DNA of 64,000 bases from an uncultured bacterium (GTDB taxonomy: Bacteria; Patescibacteriota; Minisyncoccia; Phycocordibacterales; UBA2100). Numbering within the stretch: position 1 is the first letter of the stretch; each line of letters begins with the position of its first letter. The notes under the pieces are model-generated. The model was given only the letters and a program-made list of their open reading frames with translations, ran no database searches and was not told where the DNA came from. Position numbers and translations under genes: made by a program. Positions 8,968-19,287 of this stretch are shown here, in pieces. The stretch spans positions 1,059-65,058 of the forward strand of contig CAIOKC010000029.1 in NCBI GenBank assembly GCA_903858755.1. The letters are read 5' to 3'.

Positions 8968-9798
8968 GCCAAGAAAGTCCAACACGCGCTTTGCAAAAAG
9001 CGCGTGTTTTGTTATGTGCACAAAGTGACCGCCTCCTCGTATGAGAAAGCGCTCTGAGCGCGAGATTCGCGACCATACCCGAGGCGCATGGGATGGCGGC
9101 GTGATACGGTCGCGTGTCCCGTACACGCAGAGCGTGCGCGCGGTTATGCGTTCGAGCGGCACGTCTTGCATCGTGTGCGTCGCACGATATATAGCAAGCA
9201 TGGTCCGGGCGCGCTGCACGGTCATCGGGGCGGTGTCTGCGTACCCGATCGGTGTAAACCACGTGCGGTCGATGTCGTACGTACACACTGGCGCGAGCCG
9301 ACCAAGATGCGCTATGCACCACGCATGGAGCCATTGTGCCGCGCTGCGCCTGGTCGGATCAGCGACCCCGCACAAGACGAGCGCATCGAGGCTGTGTGTC
9401 GCTGCGTAGAGCGAAGCCACACGCCCTCCGAAGGAGTGCCCGACGATCGCATACGGAGTGATCGCGAGTTGCTCTGCGAAGGCGGATACGCAGTCTGCGT
9501 AATCGTATAGCGTGAGAATCGCGCGGGGGGTCTCGCTCTCTCCGAAGCCGGGCAGATCGAGCGCATATACTGAGTAGCGGGAGGAGAGGAGCGGCATAGT
9601 GCGCGCCCACGTACGTCTCGATTGCCCCCATCCGTGGAGGAGGATGATCGGCGGTCCGCTTCCGGTGCTTGTGTATGCGCATCGGAATCCATTTCTCAGC
9701 GTGATTATGCGGGTTTCTCCGCACGCGCTTGAGTCGGGTATTGTATACCCTTTTCGTAGGTTGCGGACAGCGCCGATGCATCGCTCCACGAGCCACAT
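8917..9798 (-). CDS. Alpha/beta hydrolase
   Basis: LLHGWG, DLPGFGES, GHSFGG nucleophile elbow, GGGHF; start uncertain. Confidence 0.88.
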   Translation of the reverse strand: MWLVERCIGAVRNLRKGYTIPDSSACGETRIITLRNGFRCAYTSTGSGPPIILLHGWGQSRRTWARTMPLLSSRYSVYALDLPGFGESETPRAILTLYDYADCVSAFAEQLAITPYAIVGHSFGGRVASLYAATHSLDALVLCGVADPTRRSAAQWLHAWCIAHLGRLAPVCTYDIDRTWFTPIGYADTAPMTVQRARTMLAIYRATHTMQDVPLERITARTLCVYGTRDRITPPSHAPRVWSRISRSERFLIRGGGHFVHITKHALFAKRVLDFLGSEIREPRTQPVHDVAE

Positions 9799-9894
9799 GA
9801 GACAATCCTAGTGCACGCCGTCGCATTTGTCATTGGCACATCTCCGGACTCGGACGCTGTTCGAGCGCGCACCGTTGCTGTGTATACTGGGACT

Positions 9895-11172
9895 ATGCGC
9901 ATACCGACCAGTGTATTCATGGTGGGCATCGGCGGTATCGGTATGTCTGCGCTCGCGCAGCTTTTGAAGTATCGAGGATACGAGGTCTGCGGATCTGACA
10001 GAGAAGAATCGCCGGTGGTCTCTCTGCTCGTGCAAAAAGGCGTTCCCGTGGCGGTCGGGCATGACCAGTGCAGTATTCCCGCCGGTACCGGACTCCTCAT
10101 CTACTCGGATGCGGTACCGTCGACAAATCGCGAGCGTGAGCGAGCGAAGGAGATGGGCATTCCAGAAATATCGTATTTTGAAGCGCTTGGAGTGGTCTCG
10201 AAAGATGCGCGGACGATTGCCGTTGCTGGTACGCACGGGAAAACGACGACGACGGGGATGCTCGCGAAGATACTGCAGCAGTGCGAGAAAGAGCCGACCG
10301 CCGTCATCGGCTCCATCGTGCGTGATTTCGGATCCAATTTTCTCGCCGGTCGCGAAGATCTTTTGGTGGTCGAGGCGTGCGAGTATCGCGATCACCTCCT
10401 AAAACTCCATCCGGAGATTTTGGTAATCACAAACATAGAGCTCGATCACACGGACTACTTCCCAAATCTTGCAGCGCTTCAGGAGACGTTTGGGAAGGCT
10501 ATAGCGCGTGTCCCGAAATACGGCGCGATTGTGGCAAACCCGAAGGATCCCATAATCGCCCCTCTCTTGGAAAAATACAGCAGTCTGACTGCTGTATTTG
10601 ACTATACGGCGCAGGCGGTGCCTGCGCTCGCGCAGATCGGGGAATTCAACCGCATGAACGCGCGCGCCGCCAAATGCGCGGCGCGCGCGGCGTTCCCGCA
10701 TCTGCAGGAAGGATGTATCGACCGCGCGCTCATGGATTTCAAAGGTTCGTGGCGGAGATTTGAATACAAAGGCGAGACGCCGAATGGCGCGGTCGTCTAC
10801 GACGACTATGCGCACCATCCTACGGCGATTGCAAAAACGATCGAGGCGGCGCGCGAGCATTTCCCGGAAAAGAAAATTATCGTCGCGTTTCATCCACACC
10901 TCTACAGCCGCACCAAATCGCTTGTGCGCGAGTTTGCACTCGCGCTCGCGCTCGCGGATAGCGCGGTCGTCGCGCCTATCTATGCGGCGCGAGAAGAGCC
11001 TGACCCCGCGATTTCGCACCACATCCTTGCCGACCTCGCAGGCGAGACCGTCGAAGCGCTCGATTCTTTCGATGCTGTCCGCGACCGTCTTCTTTCCGAA
11101 GGAAATGATGCGCTTATCATCACCATGGGTGCGGGGGATATTTACAAAATTGCGGAGCAAATCGCTGATTGA
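9895..11172 (+). CDS. murC: UDP-N-acetylmuramate--L-alanine ligase
   Basis: GIGGIGMSALA, AGTHGKTTT, VEACEY, NIELDHTD, DDYAHHP, PHLYSR, TMGAGDI. Confidence 0.95.
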   Translation: MRIPTSVFMVGIGGIGMSALAQLLKYRGYEVCGSDREESPVVSLLVQKGVPVAVGHDQCSIPAGTGLLIYSDAVPSTNRERERAKEMGIPEISYFEALGVVSKDARTIAVAGTHGKTTTTGMLAKILQQCEKEPTAVIGSIVRDFGSNFLAGREDLLVVEACEYRDHLLKLHPEILVITNIELDHTDYFPNLAALQETFGKAIARVPKYGAIVANPKDPIIAPLLEKYSSLTAVFDYTAQAVPALAQIGEFNRMNARAAKCAARAAFPHLQEGCIDRALMDFKGSWRRFEYKGETPNGAVVYDDYAHHPTAIAKTIEAAREHFPEKKIIVAFHPHLYSRTKSLVREFALALALADSAVVAPIYAAREEPDPAISHHILADLAGETVEALDSFDAVRDRLLSEGNDALIITMGAGDIYKIAEQIAD

Positions 11173-11173
11173 T

Positions 11174-11845
11174 ATGGGGAAGCTGTCCATCGTCGCGACA
11201 CCGATAGGGAATCTCGAAGACATCACGCTCCGCGCGCTCCGGACGCTCAAAGAATGCGATGTCATCTATGCGGAAGACACACGCGTGATATCGAAGCTGC
11301 TCGTGCGGTACGAGATACAAAAGCCGCTGCAGCGGCTCGATGCGGCGACGGAGTCGAAGAAAGCAGAAGACATCATCGCACGACTCGAGGCGGGGGAGCA
11401 TGTCGCGTTCGTTTCCGATGCCGGTACGCCAGCTGTTTCCGACCCCGGATCCCGTCTTGTCGGCGCCGTTCGCGCGCGCGGCTGGACGGCGATTGAAGCG
11501 ATTCCGGGGCCATCGGCGCTCACCGCCGCAGTATCTATCGCGGGACTTGCGGCGGGCGAATTCTTTTTTATAGGATTTCTGCCGCATAAAAAGGGGAGGC
11601 AGACCGCCATAAAGCATATTGCAGAAAGCGATGTACCGGTCGTTCTATATGAATCCCCGCACCGCATTCTCAAATTGCTCCGGGAGCTTTCTCAAGCCGG
11701 TGTCTCGAAGGTCGGAGTCGCGCGCGAGCTCACGAAAATGCACGAAGAATTCATCTCCGGTACGCCAGAAGAAATCGCGCAGAGCTTGGAGGCGCGCGGA
11801 GCGGTGCGGGGAGAATTCGTGGTGATTATTGAACCAAGAGACTAG
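11174..11845 (+). CDS. rsmI: 16S rRNA (cytidine1402-2'-O)-methyltransferase
   Basis: VATPIGNLEDIT, AEDTR, SDAGTPAVSDPG, YESPHR, RELTK. Confidence 0.95.
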   Translation: MGKLSIVATPIGNLEDITLRALRTLKECDVIYAEDTRVISKLLVRYEIQKPLQRLDAATESKKAEDIIARLEAGEHVAFVSDAGTPAVSDPGSRLVGAVRARGWTAIEAIPGPSALTAAVSIAGLAAGEFFFIGFLPHKKGRQTAIKHIAESDVPVVLYESPHRILKLLRELSQAGVSKVGVARELTKMHEEFISGTPEEIAQSLEARGAVRGEFVVIIEPRD

Positions 11846-11862
11846 AGTGGTATACTCCTGCC

Positions 11863-12105
11863 ATGACGCTGGACACGCTCATCATTGCTTCCGGAGCATT
11901 CGTCGGACTTCTTCCGTTCCTCGGTTTTCCCAACAGCTGGGACACCGCGCTCTTTCTTCTCGCAGGCATGTTCGTTATGGGGCTTGGCGTCGTGGTGCGC
12001 CGCAGACGGGGAGATGAAGAAACCATGATGCGCAGACAGGCGAGTACATTCGTGGAGCGCGCACCGCTTGCTCGGCATGAAGAGAAACATACTGCGAGCG
12101 AGTAG
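11863..12105 (+). CDS. Small membrane protein (2 TM)
   Basis: LLPFLGFPNSW hydrophobic hairpin; TATACT 6 nt upstream. Confidence 0.75.
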   Translation: MTLDTLIIASGAFVGLLPFLGFPNSWDTALFLLAGMFVMGLGVVVRRRRGDEETMMRRQASTFVERAPLARHEEKHTASE

Positions 12106-13324
12106 CGCCGGCGTCCTTGCGGGCGGACTCATCGTTGTCGCCGGGTTCGTCGCGGTCGCGGCGGTGGCTCCCAGCGTCTCGTACGTGCGAGGGGAAGGCG
12201 CGATGACTCCAGAGGCAGAAGCGCCCCGACCTGTCTCCGCGCATGTCGCGACCCCCGCGTCGGTGAAAGCGGTCTACATGTCGCAGTGCGTCGTCGGGAC
12301 GCCGTCGTTCCGCGATTCGATCGTCGGACTCGTCGATGATACGGAGCTGAATGCAATCGTCATCGACATCCGCGACTACACGGGCAAAATCGCATTTCCG
12401 ACCGAACATCCGGTCTTGAAGGATATGGTATCGGACGAGTGTGGCGCGGTCGATATGAAAGATTTTATACAAACACTCCACGACAAAGATATCTACGTCA
12501 TTGGTCGCATCACCGTCTTCCAGAATCCCTCCTACACAAAAGTGCACCCTGAGGAGGCGGTGCAGAAGGCGTGCGCCCATTCGGCAAGCTCAGAGACATG
12601 CGGTGTATGGAAAGATCACAAAGGGCTCGCGTTTGTCGATGTGGGCGCGAAGCCGTACTGGGATACGGTCGTTGAGCTTTCGAAGGAGTCGTATGGAATC
12701 GGGTTCGACGAGCTCAACTACGACTACATTCGATTCCCTTCGGATGGCGACATGAAATCCGCCGTATATTCGTGGAGTCAGGGCAAGACAAAGTCGGAAG
12801 CGCTCGAAGAATTCTTTAGGTATCTGCATGAGCAGGTACGCCCCGTCGGCGTGAAGATGTCGGCCGATTTGTTCGGATACGTGACGGTGCACGAAGACGA
12901 CCTCGGCATCGGGCAACTGCTCGAGCGCGCACTACCGTACTTCGATTACATCGATCCGATGGTATATCCGTCGCACTACAACAGCGGTTTCGCCGGGCTC
13001 AAAAATGTGAACAGCGACCCGTACAAGGTGGTGTATGCGTCGATGGCGGAGGCGGTGCAGCGCACGGTCGCGACGACGACTTCCATCGGGTCGTTCGCAT
13101 ACCAGCGGATCGGCACTTCGACGCCAGCGATGTACTCGAAACCATCGTATCCGGCGTCAAAAATGCGCCCCTGGCTGCAAGACTTTGATTATCCCGTGGA
13201 ATACACGCCGGCGATGGTCGCTGCACAGATCAAGGCGAATGAAGATGCGGGTCTCACGTCGTATCTCTTTTGGGATCCGTCCAACAAGTATTCAAGTCTG
13301 AAGCATGTAGTGTCGCGCGAGTAA
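12077..13324 (+). CDS. Putative glycoside hydrolase (DUF4015 family)
   Basis: TELNAIVIDI, YVIGRITVFQ, GFDELNYDYIRFP, IGQ, PMVYPSHY, RPWLQDF. Confidence 0.85.
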   Translation: MKRNILRASSAGVLAGGLIVVAGFVAVAAVAPSVSYVRGEGAMTPEAEAPRPVSAHVATPASVKAVYMSQCVVGTPSFRDSIVGLVDDTELNAIVIDIRDYTGKIAFPTEHPVLKDMVSDECGAVDMKDFIQTLHDKDIYVIGRITVFQNPSYTKVHPEEAVQKACAHSASSETCGVWKDHKGLAFVDVGAKPYWDTVVELSKESYGIGFDELNYDYIRFPSDGDMKSAVYSWSQGKTKSEALEEFFRYLHEQVRPVGVKMSADLFGYVTVHEDDLGIGQLLERALPYFDYIDPMVYPSHYNSGFAGLKNVNSDPYKVVYASMAEAVQRTVATTTSIGSFAYQRIGTSTPAMYSKPSYPASKMRPWLQDFDYPVEYTPAMVAAQIKANEDAGLTSYLFWDPSNKYSSLKHVVSRE

Positions 13325-13345
13325 AGAGAGCGCTATACTAGAGGC

Positions 13346-15205
13346 ATGCATCCCGATCATCAAAACGATGATCGCCGCATCACGTATTTTGCGGCGACCC
13401 ATACGCGGGGGAAACGCGAGATGTTTGGCATACGCGCCGTCGACCGCGGCAAGCATATCTATGTGATCGGCAAAACGGGCATGGGTAAATCCACCATGCT
13501 CGAAAACATGGCAATTCAAGATATCCAAAATGGCGAAGGAATCGCGTTCGTCGATCCGCACGGATCGACGGCAGAGAAGCTGCTCGATTTCGTCCCGCAA
13601 GATCGGATCAAGGATGTGGTGTACTTCGCGCCTTTTGATACCGACTACCCCATGGGGTTCAACGTGATGGAAGATGTGGGCTACGACAAGCGCCACCTCG
13701 TCGTCTCAGGGCTCATGGGCGCCTTAAAACGCATCTGGGTCGACGCGTGGAGCGCGCGTATGGAATACATCTTGCAGAATACACTGCTTGCGCTCCTCGA
13801 GTATCCGGATTCGACGCTTCTCGACGTAAACCGCATGCTCGTCAACAAGAAATTCCGCGATATCGTCGTCGCGCACGTGACCGACCCCATCGTGAAAGCG
13901 TTTTGGGAGGTGGAATTTGCCGGCTTTACCGATACGTATACGCGCGAAGCGACGCCCGCGATTCAAAACAAGATCGGTCAATTTACCGCGAATCCGCTCA
14001 TCCGCAATATCGTGGGGCAAGCGCGCTCCTCCTTTGATCTGCGCAAGATCATGGACGAGAAAAAAATATTCATCGTCAATCTTTCGAAAGGTCGCATGGG
14101 CGAGACCAACGCCTCGCTTTTGGGCAGCATGCTTGTCGTGAAGATCTACCTCGCTGCGATGAGTCGCGCGGACGAGCCGGCGGCACGCATGGCGAAGCTC
14201 CCGCGCTTCTATTTCTACGTCGACGAGTTTCAATCCATGATGAATCAAGCGTTCGCCGACATCCTTTCCGAATCGCGCAAATACAAGCTCGCGCTCACGC
14301 TCGCCAATCAGTACATCGAGCAGATGGAAGAAGAGGTCCGCGACGCGGTTTTTGGCAACGTGGGGACGCTTATCTGCTTCCGCGTCGGTCCTTTCGACGC
14401 GGAAGTGCTCGAGACGGTTTTTACGCCGACATTCACCCCGGAAGATCTCATCGGTCTCGGCATCGGGCAGATCTACCTCACGCTCATGATCGACGGCGTG
14501 GGCTCGCCGCCTTTTTCCGCGGAGACCATTCCGCCGATCGAAACGCCCCCTATCACGTATCGCGACGACGTGATCACAAGCTCCCGCGCGCTCTATGGGC
14601 GCATGCGCAGCGAAGTGGAAGCGACGGTGAGAAAGAAACAAGACGAATACCCGCCGGAGGCGAGAGAAAAAAAGAAAAGCAGCTACGGTACGCGACCGCG
14701 CGACACTGATTCCCGATCGGGCTCGTCGTTCCGACCGACCGACCGTCCGCGCGATGACCTGTCTCCTGCGCGCACAGACGGGGAGCAGGCGGAAAAGAAT
14801 CCTCTACGGAATACCTCGCATCGTGAGGAGAGGCGACCGCAGACGTGGCATGCTGAGCCACGTCCGCCGCGTCTCGAAGAAAAGCCGCGGGGATCGTCAG
14901 AGGCTGAGAAGCGGGACGCGCTTCGCGCCGCGCTTGCCGCCGCGCGCCCTTCCGTGCCTGCTCCTACCGAAGCACCCGCACGTTCGCCGGCAGATATTTT
15001 GCGCGAAAAGCATGCCGCAAAAGCACCTTCTTCTCCGGAGCCGCGTGCCGCTACTGCCCCCCAGCACCCACCCAAGAGTCAAAATCCACACCAGCGCGCG
15101 CCGCATGCGCCTCAGCGTCAAACGCCGGGCGATAATGGCGTGAATGCGCAAAGCGGAGAAGTTTCTCACGAAGATTTGCGGCGCGCGCTCGGGCGCAACG
15201 AGTAG
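13346..15205 (+). CDS. TraD/VirD4-like (DUF87/HerA) P-loop ATPase with low-complexity C-terminus
   Basis: Walker A GKTGMGKST, DPHG, Walker B YVDEFQ, SESRKY, ANQY, FGNVGT. Confidence 0.88.
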   Translation: MHPDHQNDDRRITYFAATHTRGKREMFGIRAVDRGKHIYVIGKTGMGKSTMLENMAIQDIQNGEGIAFVDPHGSTAEKLLDFVPQDRIKDVVYFAPFDTDYPMGFNVMEDVGYDKRHLVVSGLMGALKRIWVDAWSARMEYILQNTLLALLEYPDSTLLDVNRMLVNKKFRDIVVAHVTDPIVKAFWEVEFAGFTDTYTREATPAIQNKIGQFTANPLIRNIVGQARSSFDLRKIMDEKKIFIVNLSKGRMGETNASLLGSMLVVKIYLAAMSRADEPAARMAKLPRFYFYVDEFQSMMNQAFADILSESRKYKLALTLANQYIEQMEEEVRDAVFGNVGTLICFRVGPFDAEVLETVFTPTFTPEDLIGLGIGQIYLTLMIDGVGSPPFSAETIPPIETPPITYRDDVITSSRALYGRMRSEVEATVRKKQDEYPPEAREKKKSSYGTRPRDTDSRSGSSFRPTDRPRDDLSPARTDGEQAEKNPLRNTSHREERRPQTWHAEPRPPRLEEKPRGSSEAEKRDALRAALAAARPSVPAPTEAPARSPADILREKHAAKAPSSPEPRAATAPQHPPKSQNPHQRAPHAPQRQTPGDNGVNAQSGEVSHEDLRRALGRNE

Positions 15206-16622
15206 TTTTGTTTTTCTCTGCCTTGTGTGCGCTCCCGGCATGGTCGGAGCGCAGGTGGTGATCTCAGAATTCTTATACGATGCCGCTGGATCCGACACCG
15301 ATCAGGAGTGGGTGGAGCTTTTCAACGCGGGAGAAAGCGCGGTCGACCTCACGAAGTGGAAAATCAACGACGGCTCGAATCACGTGTTCAACGTCCCTCC
15401 CAAAAACGACGGCAAGGGCTCGATCTCGATCCCGTCGGGCGGCTACCTCATCCTCGCGTCGAATGCGGCGACGTTTGCCGCGCAGTATCCGCTCGTCGCC
15501 AACGTGATCGACACGACGTTGTCGCTTCCGAACACGAGCGGCTCCGTTTCGCTCGTCGACGAGAGCGGCGCGACCGTCGACACGCTCTCGTACACGAAAG
15601 ACATGGGTGCCGCGGGCGATAGCTTGACGCTGCATCGCGCGACGCTTGCGGGTACCGCGCTCAGTGCCGCAGCTCCATCGCCGGGGAGCGGAAGCCTCTC
15701 CGCAAACGCTGCGAGCACGCAATCCGCCGCGACCTCGACGACAGAAAGCGCGCAGACCACTTCGGGTGCCGCGTCCGGCAATTCTTCGCCCGTGTCTTCG
15801 TACGTCGCGCCGCCACTGCCGCAGCTTTTTGCGGAAGCGGGCGGCGACAGGGTTGCGATCGTGGGAGCGGACGTGATCTTCGAGGGGCGCGCATACAATA
15901 GGAATCGAGAGTTTGTCGATATGGTGCGTTTCGTGTGGAATTTCGGCGACGGGTCGACCGCGGAGGGTCAGAGCGTCGCGCACCATTTCGAATATCCGGG
16001 GCGATACGTAGTCTGGCTTGATATCGCGCACGATACGGTCGCCGCATCGGACAGGATCATTGTGACGGCAGAGCCCGCACGCCTTTCGTTCACTGTCTTT
16101 GCAGACGGCAGCGCGGAGATTGTCAACAACGCCGGACGCGACCTCGATCTCTCGAATTGGGTGGTGGCAAACTTCGCGCGCGAATTCAGGCTGCCGAAAC
16201 ACTCTCTCATCCTCTCGGGCACTTCGATGCGCATCTCGCAGAAAACACTCGGCTTTTGGAGCGGCATGCAGACGGAGCTCCGCTACCCGAACGGCGCACT
16301 CGCTTTGCGCGCCGGCGACAGATCGGAGACGGCTGTGCCGGTAGTTGCTCCGCCTCCGACCTCGCCCGCTCGGGTGGAGACGCGCTCGGCACCGGTCGCA
16401 GCGCACTCGCAGTCTTCGTCTTCCGTGGAGCAAGACGCCGCTCCTTCCGGAGAGTCGGCTGGCGCCTCTTCGCCGTACGTCGCTGCAGCCGCAGCGGGAA
16501 GCGCCCCCTCCGTGTGGTGGTTTGTCGTGTCCGGTCTCGGCCTTTCCGTCGCGGGGATGCTTGTGCTGGTGCGGTATCTTAAAAAGAACGAGTGGGACAT
16601 TATTGAGGAAACGGCGGAATAG
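15144..16622 (+). CDS. Lamin-tail domain plus PKD domain surface protein with C-terminal TM
   Basis: VVISEFLYD...EWVELFN...VDLTKWKI; WNFGDG...HHFEYPGRY; start uncertain. Confidence 0.8.
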   Translation: MRKAEKFLTKICGARSGATSSFVFLCLVCAPGMVGAQVVISEFLYDAAGSDTDQEWVELFNAGESAVDLTKWKINDGSNHVFNVPPKNDGKGSISIPSGGYLILASNAATFAAQYPLVANVIDTTLSLPNTSGSVSLVDESGATVDTLSYTKDMGAAGDSLTLHRATLAGTALSAAAPSPGSGSLSANAASTQSAATSTTESAQTTSGAASGNSSPVSSYVAPPLPQLFAEAGGDRVAIVGADVIFEGRAYNRNREFVDMVRFVWNFGDGSTAEGQSVAHHFEYPGRYVVWLDIAHDTVAASDRIIVTAEPARLSFTVFADGSAEIVNNAGRDLDLSNWVVANFAREFRLPKHSLILSGTSMRISQKTLGFWSGMQTELRYPNGALALRAGDRSETAVPVVAPPPTSPARVETRSAPVAAHSQSSSSVEQDAAPSGESAGASSPYVAAAAAGSAPSVWWFVVSGLGLSVAGMLVLVRYLKKNEWDIIEETAE

Positions 16623-16636
16623 GATATTGTTGCGTC

Positions 16637-18082
16637 ATGGAGCGGAACACTATCCTCGTGACGGGCGGCGCTGGTCTCGTGGGCACGAATCTGTGCCGGC
16701 GGCTGCTGGAGCACGGCTGCCGCGTGATCTCACTCGACAACTACTTTGCCGGTTCGCGAGACAATCATATCGCAGGCGTCGAATATCGGGAGGGACACAC
16801 GAAAGATATCGCGCGCCATATCCCGGAGACGCCGGATATCATCTATCACCTCGGGGAATATTCGCGCGTCGAGCAGAGCCTCCTTGAGCCTGACGTAGTC
16901 CACGATCTCAATGTCGTCGGCACGGCAGCCGTGGTGGAATTCTGGAAAGAAAAGAAGTGCAAGCTGGTCTATGCCGGTTCGTCCACGAAATTCGGCGATG
17001 GAGGGCTCGCGCGGAGCGCGACGCCGTATGCCGCATCGAAGGCGGCGAATACCGAGCTGGTGAAAAAAGTCGGCGATGAGTTTCATCTCCCGTACGCGAT
17101 TACGTATTTTTACAATGTGTACGGTCCCGGAGAGCGCGCGGGGATTTATGGCACGCTCGTCGAGGCATTCAAGCAGATGTACCTGAGCGGCGCGCCGCTT
17201 GCAGTGACGTCCCCCGGCACTCAGCGGCGGAATTTCACGCATGTCGACGATATCGTGGACGCGCTCATCATGGTGGGAGACCGGGGTCAGGGAGACGAAT
17301 ACGGGCTCGGCAATGCGACGAGTTTTTCCGTGCTCGAGGTCGCGCACATGTTTGGCGGCTCCATAGTGATGCTGCCCGCGCGCGCGGGCAACCGCATGCA
17401 ATCGGCGCTCGACACGACGAAGATCAACGCGCTCGGGTGGAGACCGACGCGCACGCTCGATGGGTACATCCGCGAATTTCTTTCCAGTCATCCGCGCGGC
17501 GCGATGCGCGAGAAGCGCGTCCTCGTTTTCTCGACCACGTTTTACCCCACGGTCGGTCCCGCCGAAGAAGCGCTTCTTGAGCTCATGCGCAAAATGCCGG
17601 ATGTGCAGTTCGATGTCGTCACGAGCGCGTTCTCGCACGGTTCGGACGATGCGGCATGCCCGGTCGCGAATGCACATATCCACCGCGTTGGTTTCGGGTG
17701 GAAGGCGGATAAGTACCTTCTCCCCATCCTCGGCTATCACGTCGCGCGCCGGCTGCATGCGCGGCACTCGTACCTCTTTGCATGGTCGCTCATGGCGAGC
17801 TACGCCGCCGCGGCGGGCGCCGTCTTGAAGCGCACGACCAACCTTCCGCTTCTCATCACGCTCGCGGATCAGAATCTGCGCGACGTTTCGCATCTCGCGC
17901 GGCTCGTCCTCAGAGTGATTCTCACCGATGCGGACCAGGTGTACGGCGCCGCCTCGCAGGAGGAGCATGCGGCGAGTCTTTCGGGCAAGACCCTCCGGCA
18001 CTCAATGGGGGAGGGAGACGCTTTCGCCAACCAGCTCCGCTACGCGTATGCGGAAATACTTCTGAATCAAAAGAGCGCATGA
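16637..18082 (+). CDS. NAD-dependent epimerase/dehydratase fused to a GT4 N-terminal-like domain
   Basis: VTGGAGLVG, YAASK, YNVYGP, RNFTHVDD; C-terminal part resembles the N-terminus of the next gene. Confidence 0.85.
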   Translation: MERNTILVTGGAGLVGTNLCRRLLEHGCRVISLDNYFAGSRDNHIAGVEYREGHTKDIARHIPETPDIIYHLGEYSRVEQSLLEPDVVHDLNVVGTAAVVEFWKEKKCKLVYAGSSTKFGDGGLARSATPYAASKAANTELVKKVGDEFHLPYAITYFYNVYGPGERAGIYGTLVEAFKQMYLSGAPLAVTSPGTQRRNFTHVDDIVDALIMVGDRGQGDEYGLGNATSFSVLEVAHMFGGSIVMLPARAGNRMQSALDTTKINALGWRPTRTLDGYIREFLSSHPRGAMREKRVLVFSTTFYPTVGPAEEALLELMRKMPDVQFDVVTSAFSHGSDDAACPVANAHIHRVGFGWKADKYLLPILGYHVARRLHARHSYLFAWSLMASYAAAAGAVLKRTTNLPLLITLADQNLRDVSHLARLVLRVILTDADQVYGAASQEEHAASLSGKTLRHSMGEGDAFANQLRYAYAEILLNQKSA

Positions 18083-19287
18083 AAAAAGTTCTCATACTCT
18101 CGCTCGCTTATTTCCCGAAGCATGTCGGCGGCGCCGAAGTGTCCATCAAGGAAATAACCGACCGCATGCCCGATATCGAATTTCACATGATAACCAATCG
18201 GTTTGATTCGACGCTGCCGCACGTCGAAAAGGTGGGCAACGTGATGGTGCATCGCATCGGCATCACGACCAAAAATCCGAGCATGGCAGATCTCAAAAAG
18301 CTGCCGCTCAACGTCAATAAGCTGCTGTACCAATTCCTCGCCGCGTGGCACGCGCTCCGACTCCACCGCGTGCATCGCTTCGACGCGCTGTGGGCGATGA
18401 TGGCGCACTCGACCGGAGTGCCTGCAGCGATCGTGAAGATGCTGCATCCGGAGATCGGCTACGTGCTCAATTTGCAAGAAGGAGATCCGACGGAATACAT
18501 CGAGAAAAAGATGCGCCCGCTCTGGCCCCTTTTCACGCGCGCCTTTACGAAAGCCGACATCATTCAGCCGCTTTCGACCTTCCTCGCGAAGTGGGCACGC
18601 GCTCGCGGCTTCATCGGACCTATCGAGATCATTCCGAATGCGGTCGCGGCGGAGCATTTTTCGCAGGAGTATCCTCCCGCGACCATTGATCGCATTCGCG
18701 ACGAGCTGGGGAAGGGCATGGGCGACGTCTTTCTCATCACCACGTCGCGGCTTGTCCACAAGAATGCGGTCGACGACTGCATCCGTGCGCTCTCGCTCCT
18801 CCCGCCACAGGTGCACTTCATCGTCCTTGGTACCGGACCCGACGAGGAGAAGCTCCGCACTCTAGCAGCAAGGTCCGACCTTGCTGGTCGGGTGCGTTTC
18901 GTCGGTCATATCGGGCATGCCGATATGCCGAAATACCTCAAAGCGAGCGACATTTTCATTCGCCCGAGCCGCTCGGAAGGATTTGGCGCCTCATTCGCCG
19001 AGGCGATGGCGGCAGGTCTCCCCGTCATTGCGACGCAAGAGGGCGGCATCGCGGATTTCCTTTTCGACGAGAAGCGAGATCCCGGTAAGCCCATCACCGG
19101 TTTTGCAGTCGACAAAGATTCACCTGACCAGATCGCAGAGCAAGTGAGAAACATCATGCATCACCCCGAGAAAGTGCGCGCCGTTGTCGCGACCGCGAAA
19201 GCGATGGTCGAGGAGAAATACGATTGGGATATTATCGCGCGTGATATGCGAGAAAGAGTATTTGCGCGCCTTCTGCACGAGGTATGA
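18079..19287 (+). CDS. Glycosyltransferase family 4
   Basis: GGAE, PSRSEGFGASFAEAMAAGLPVI. Confidence 0.92.
   Translation: MKKVLILSLAYFPKHVGGAEVSIKEITDRMPDIEFHMITNRFDSTLPHVEKVGNVMVHRIGITTKNPSMADLKKLPLNVNKLLYQFLAAWHALRLHRVHRFDALWAMMAHSTGVPAAIVKMLHPEIGYVLNLQEGDPTEYIEKKMRPLWPLFTRAFTKADIIQPLSTFLAKWARARGFIGPIEIIPNAVAAEHFSQEYPPATIDRIRDELGKGMGDVFLITTSRLVHKNAVDDCIRALSLLPPQVHFIVLGTGPDEEKLRTLAARSDLAGRVRFVGHIGHADMPKYLKASDIFIRPSRSEGFGASFAEAMAAGLPVIATQEGGIADFLFDEKRDPGKPITGFAVDKDSPDQIAEQVRNIMHHPEKVRAVVATAKAMVEEKYDWDIIARDMRERVFARLLHEV
18866..18886. repeat. REP palindrome (RAYT-3 family) inside the GT4 coding sequence
   Basis: CAGCAAGGTC-C-GACCTTGCTG; 19-bp core identical to 56054 and 56776. Confidence 0.85.

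Noticed and set aside
13346-15205. Conjugative element suggested by the TraD/VirD4-like ATPase
   Set aside because: No relaxase, VirB genes or integrase nearby; standalone copies are usual in CPR chromosomes
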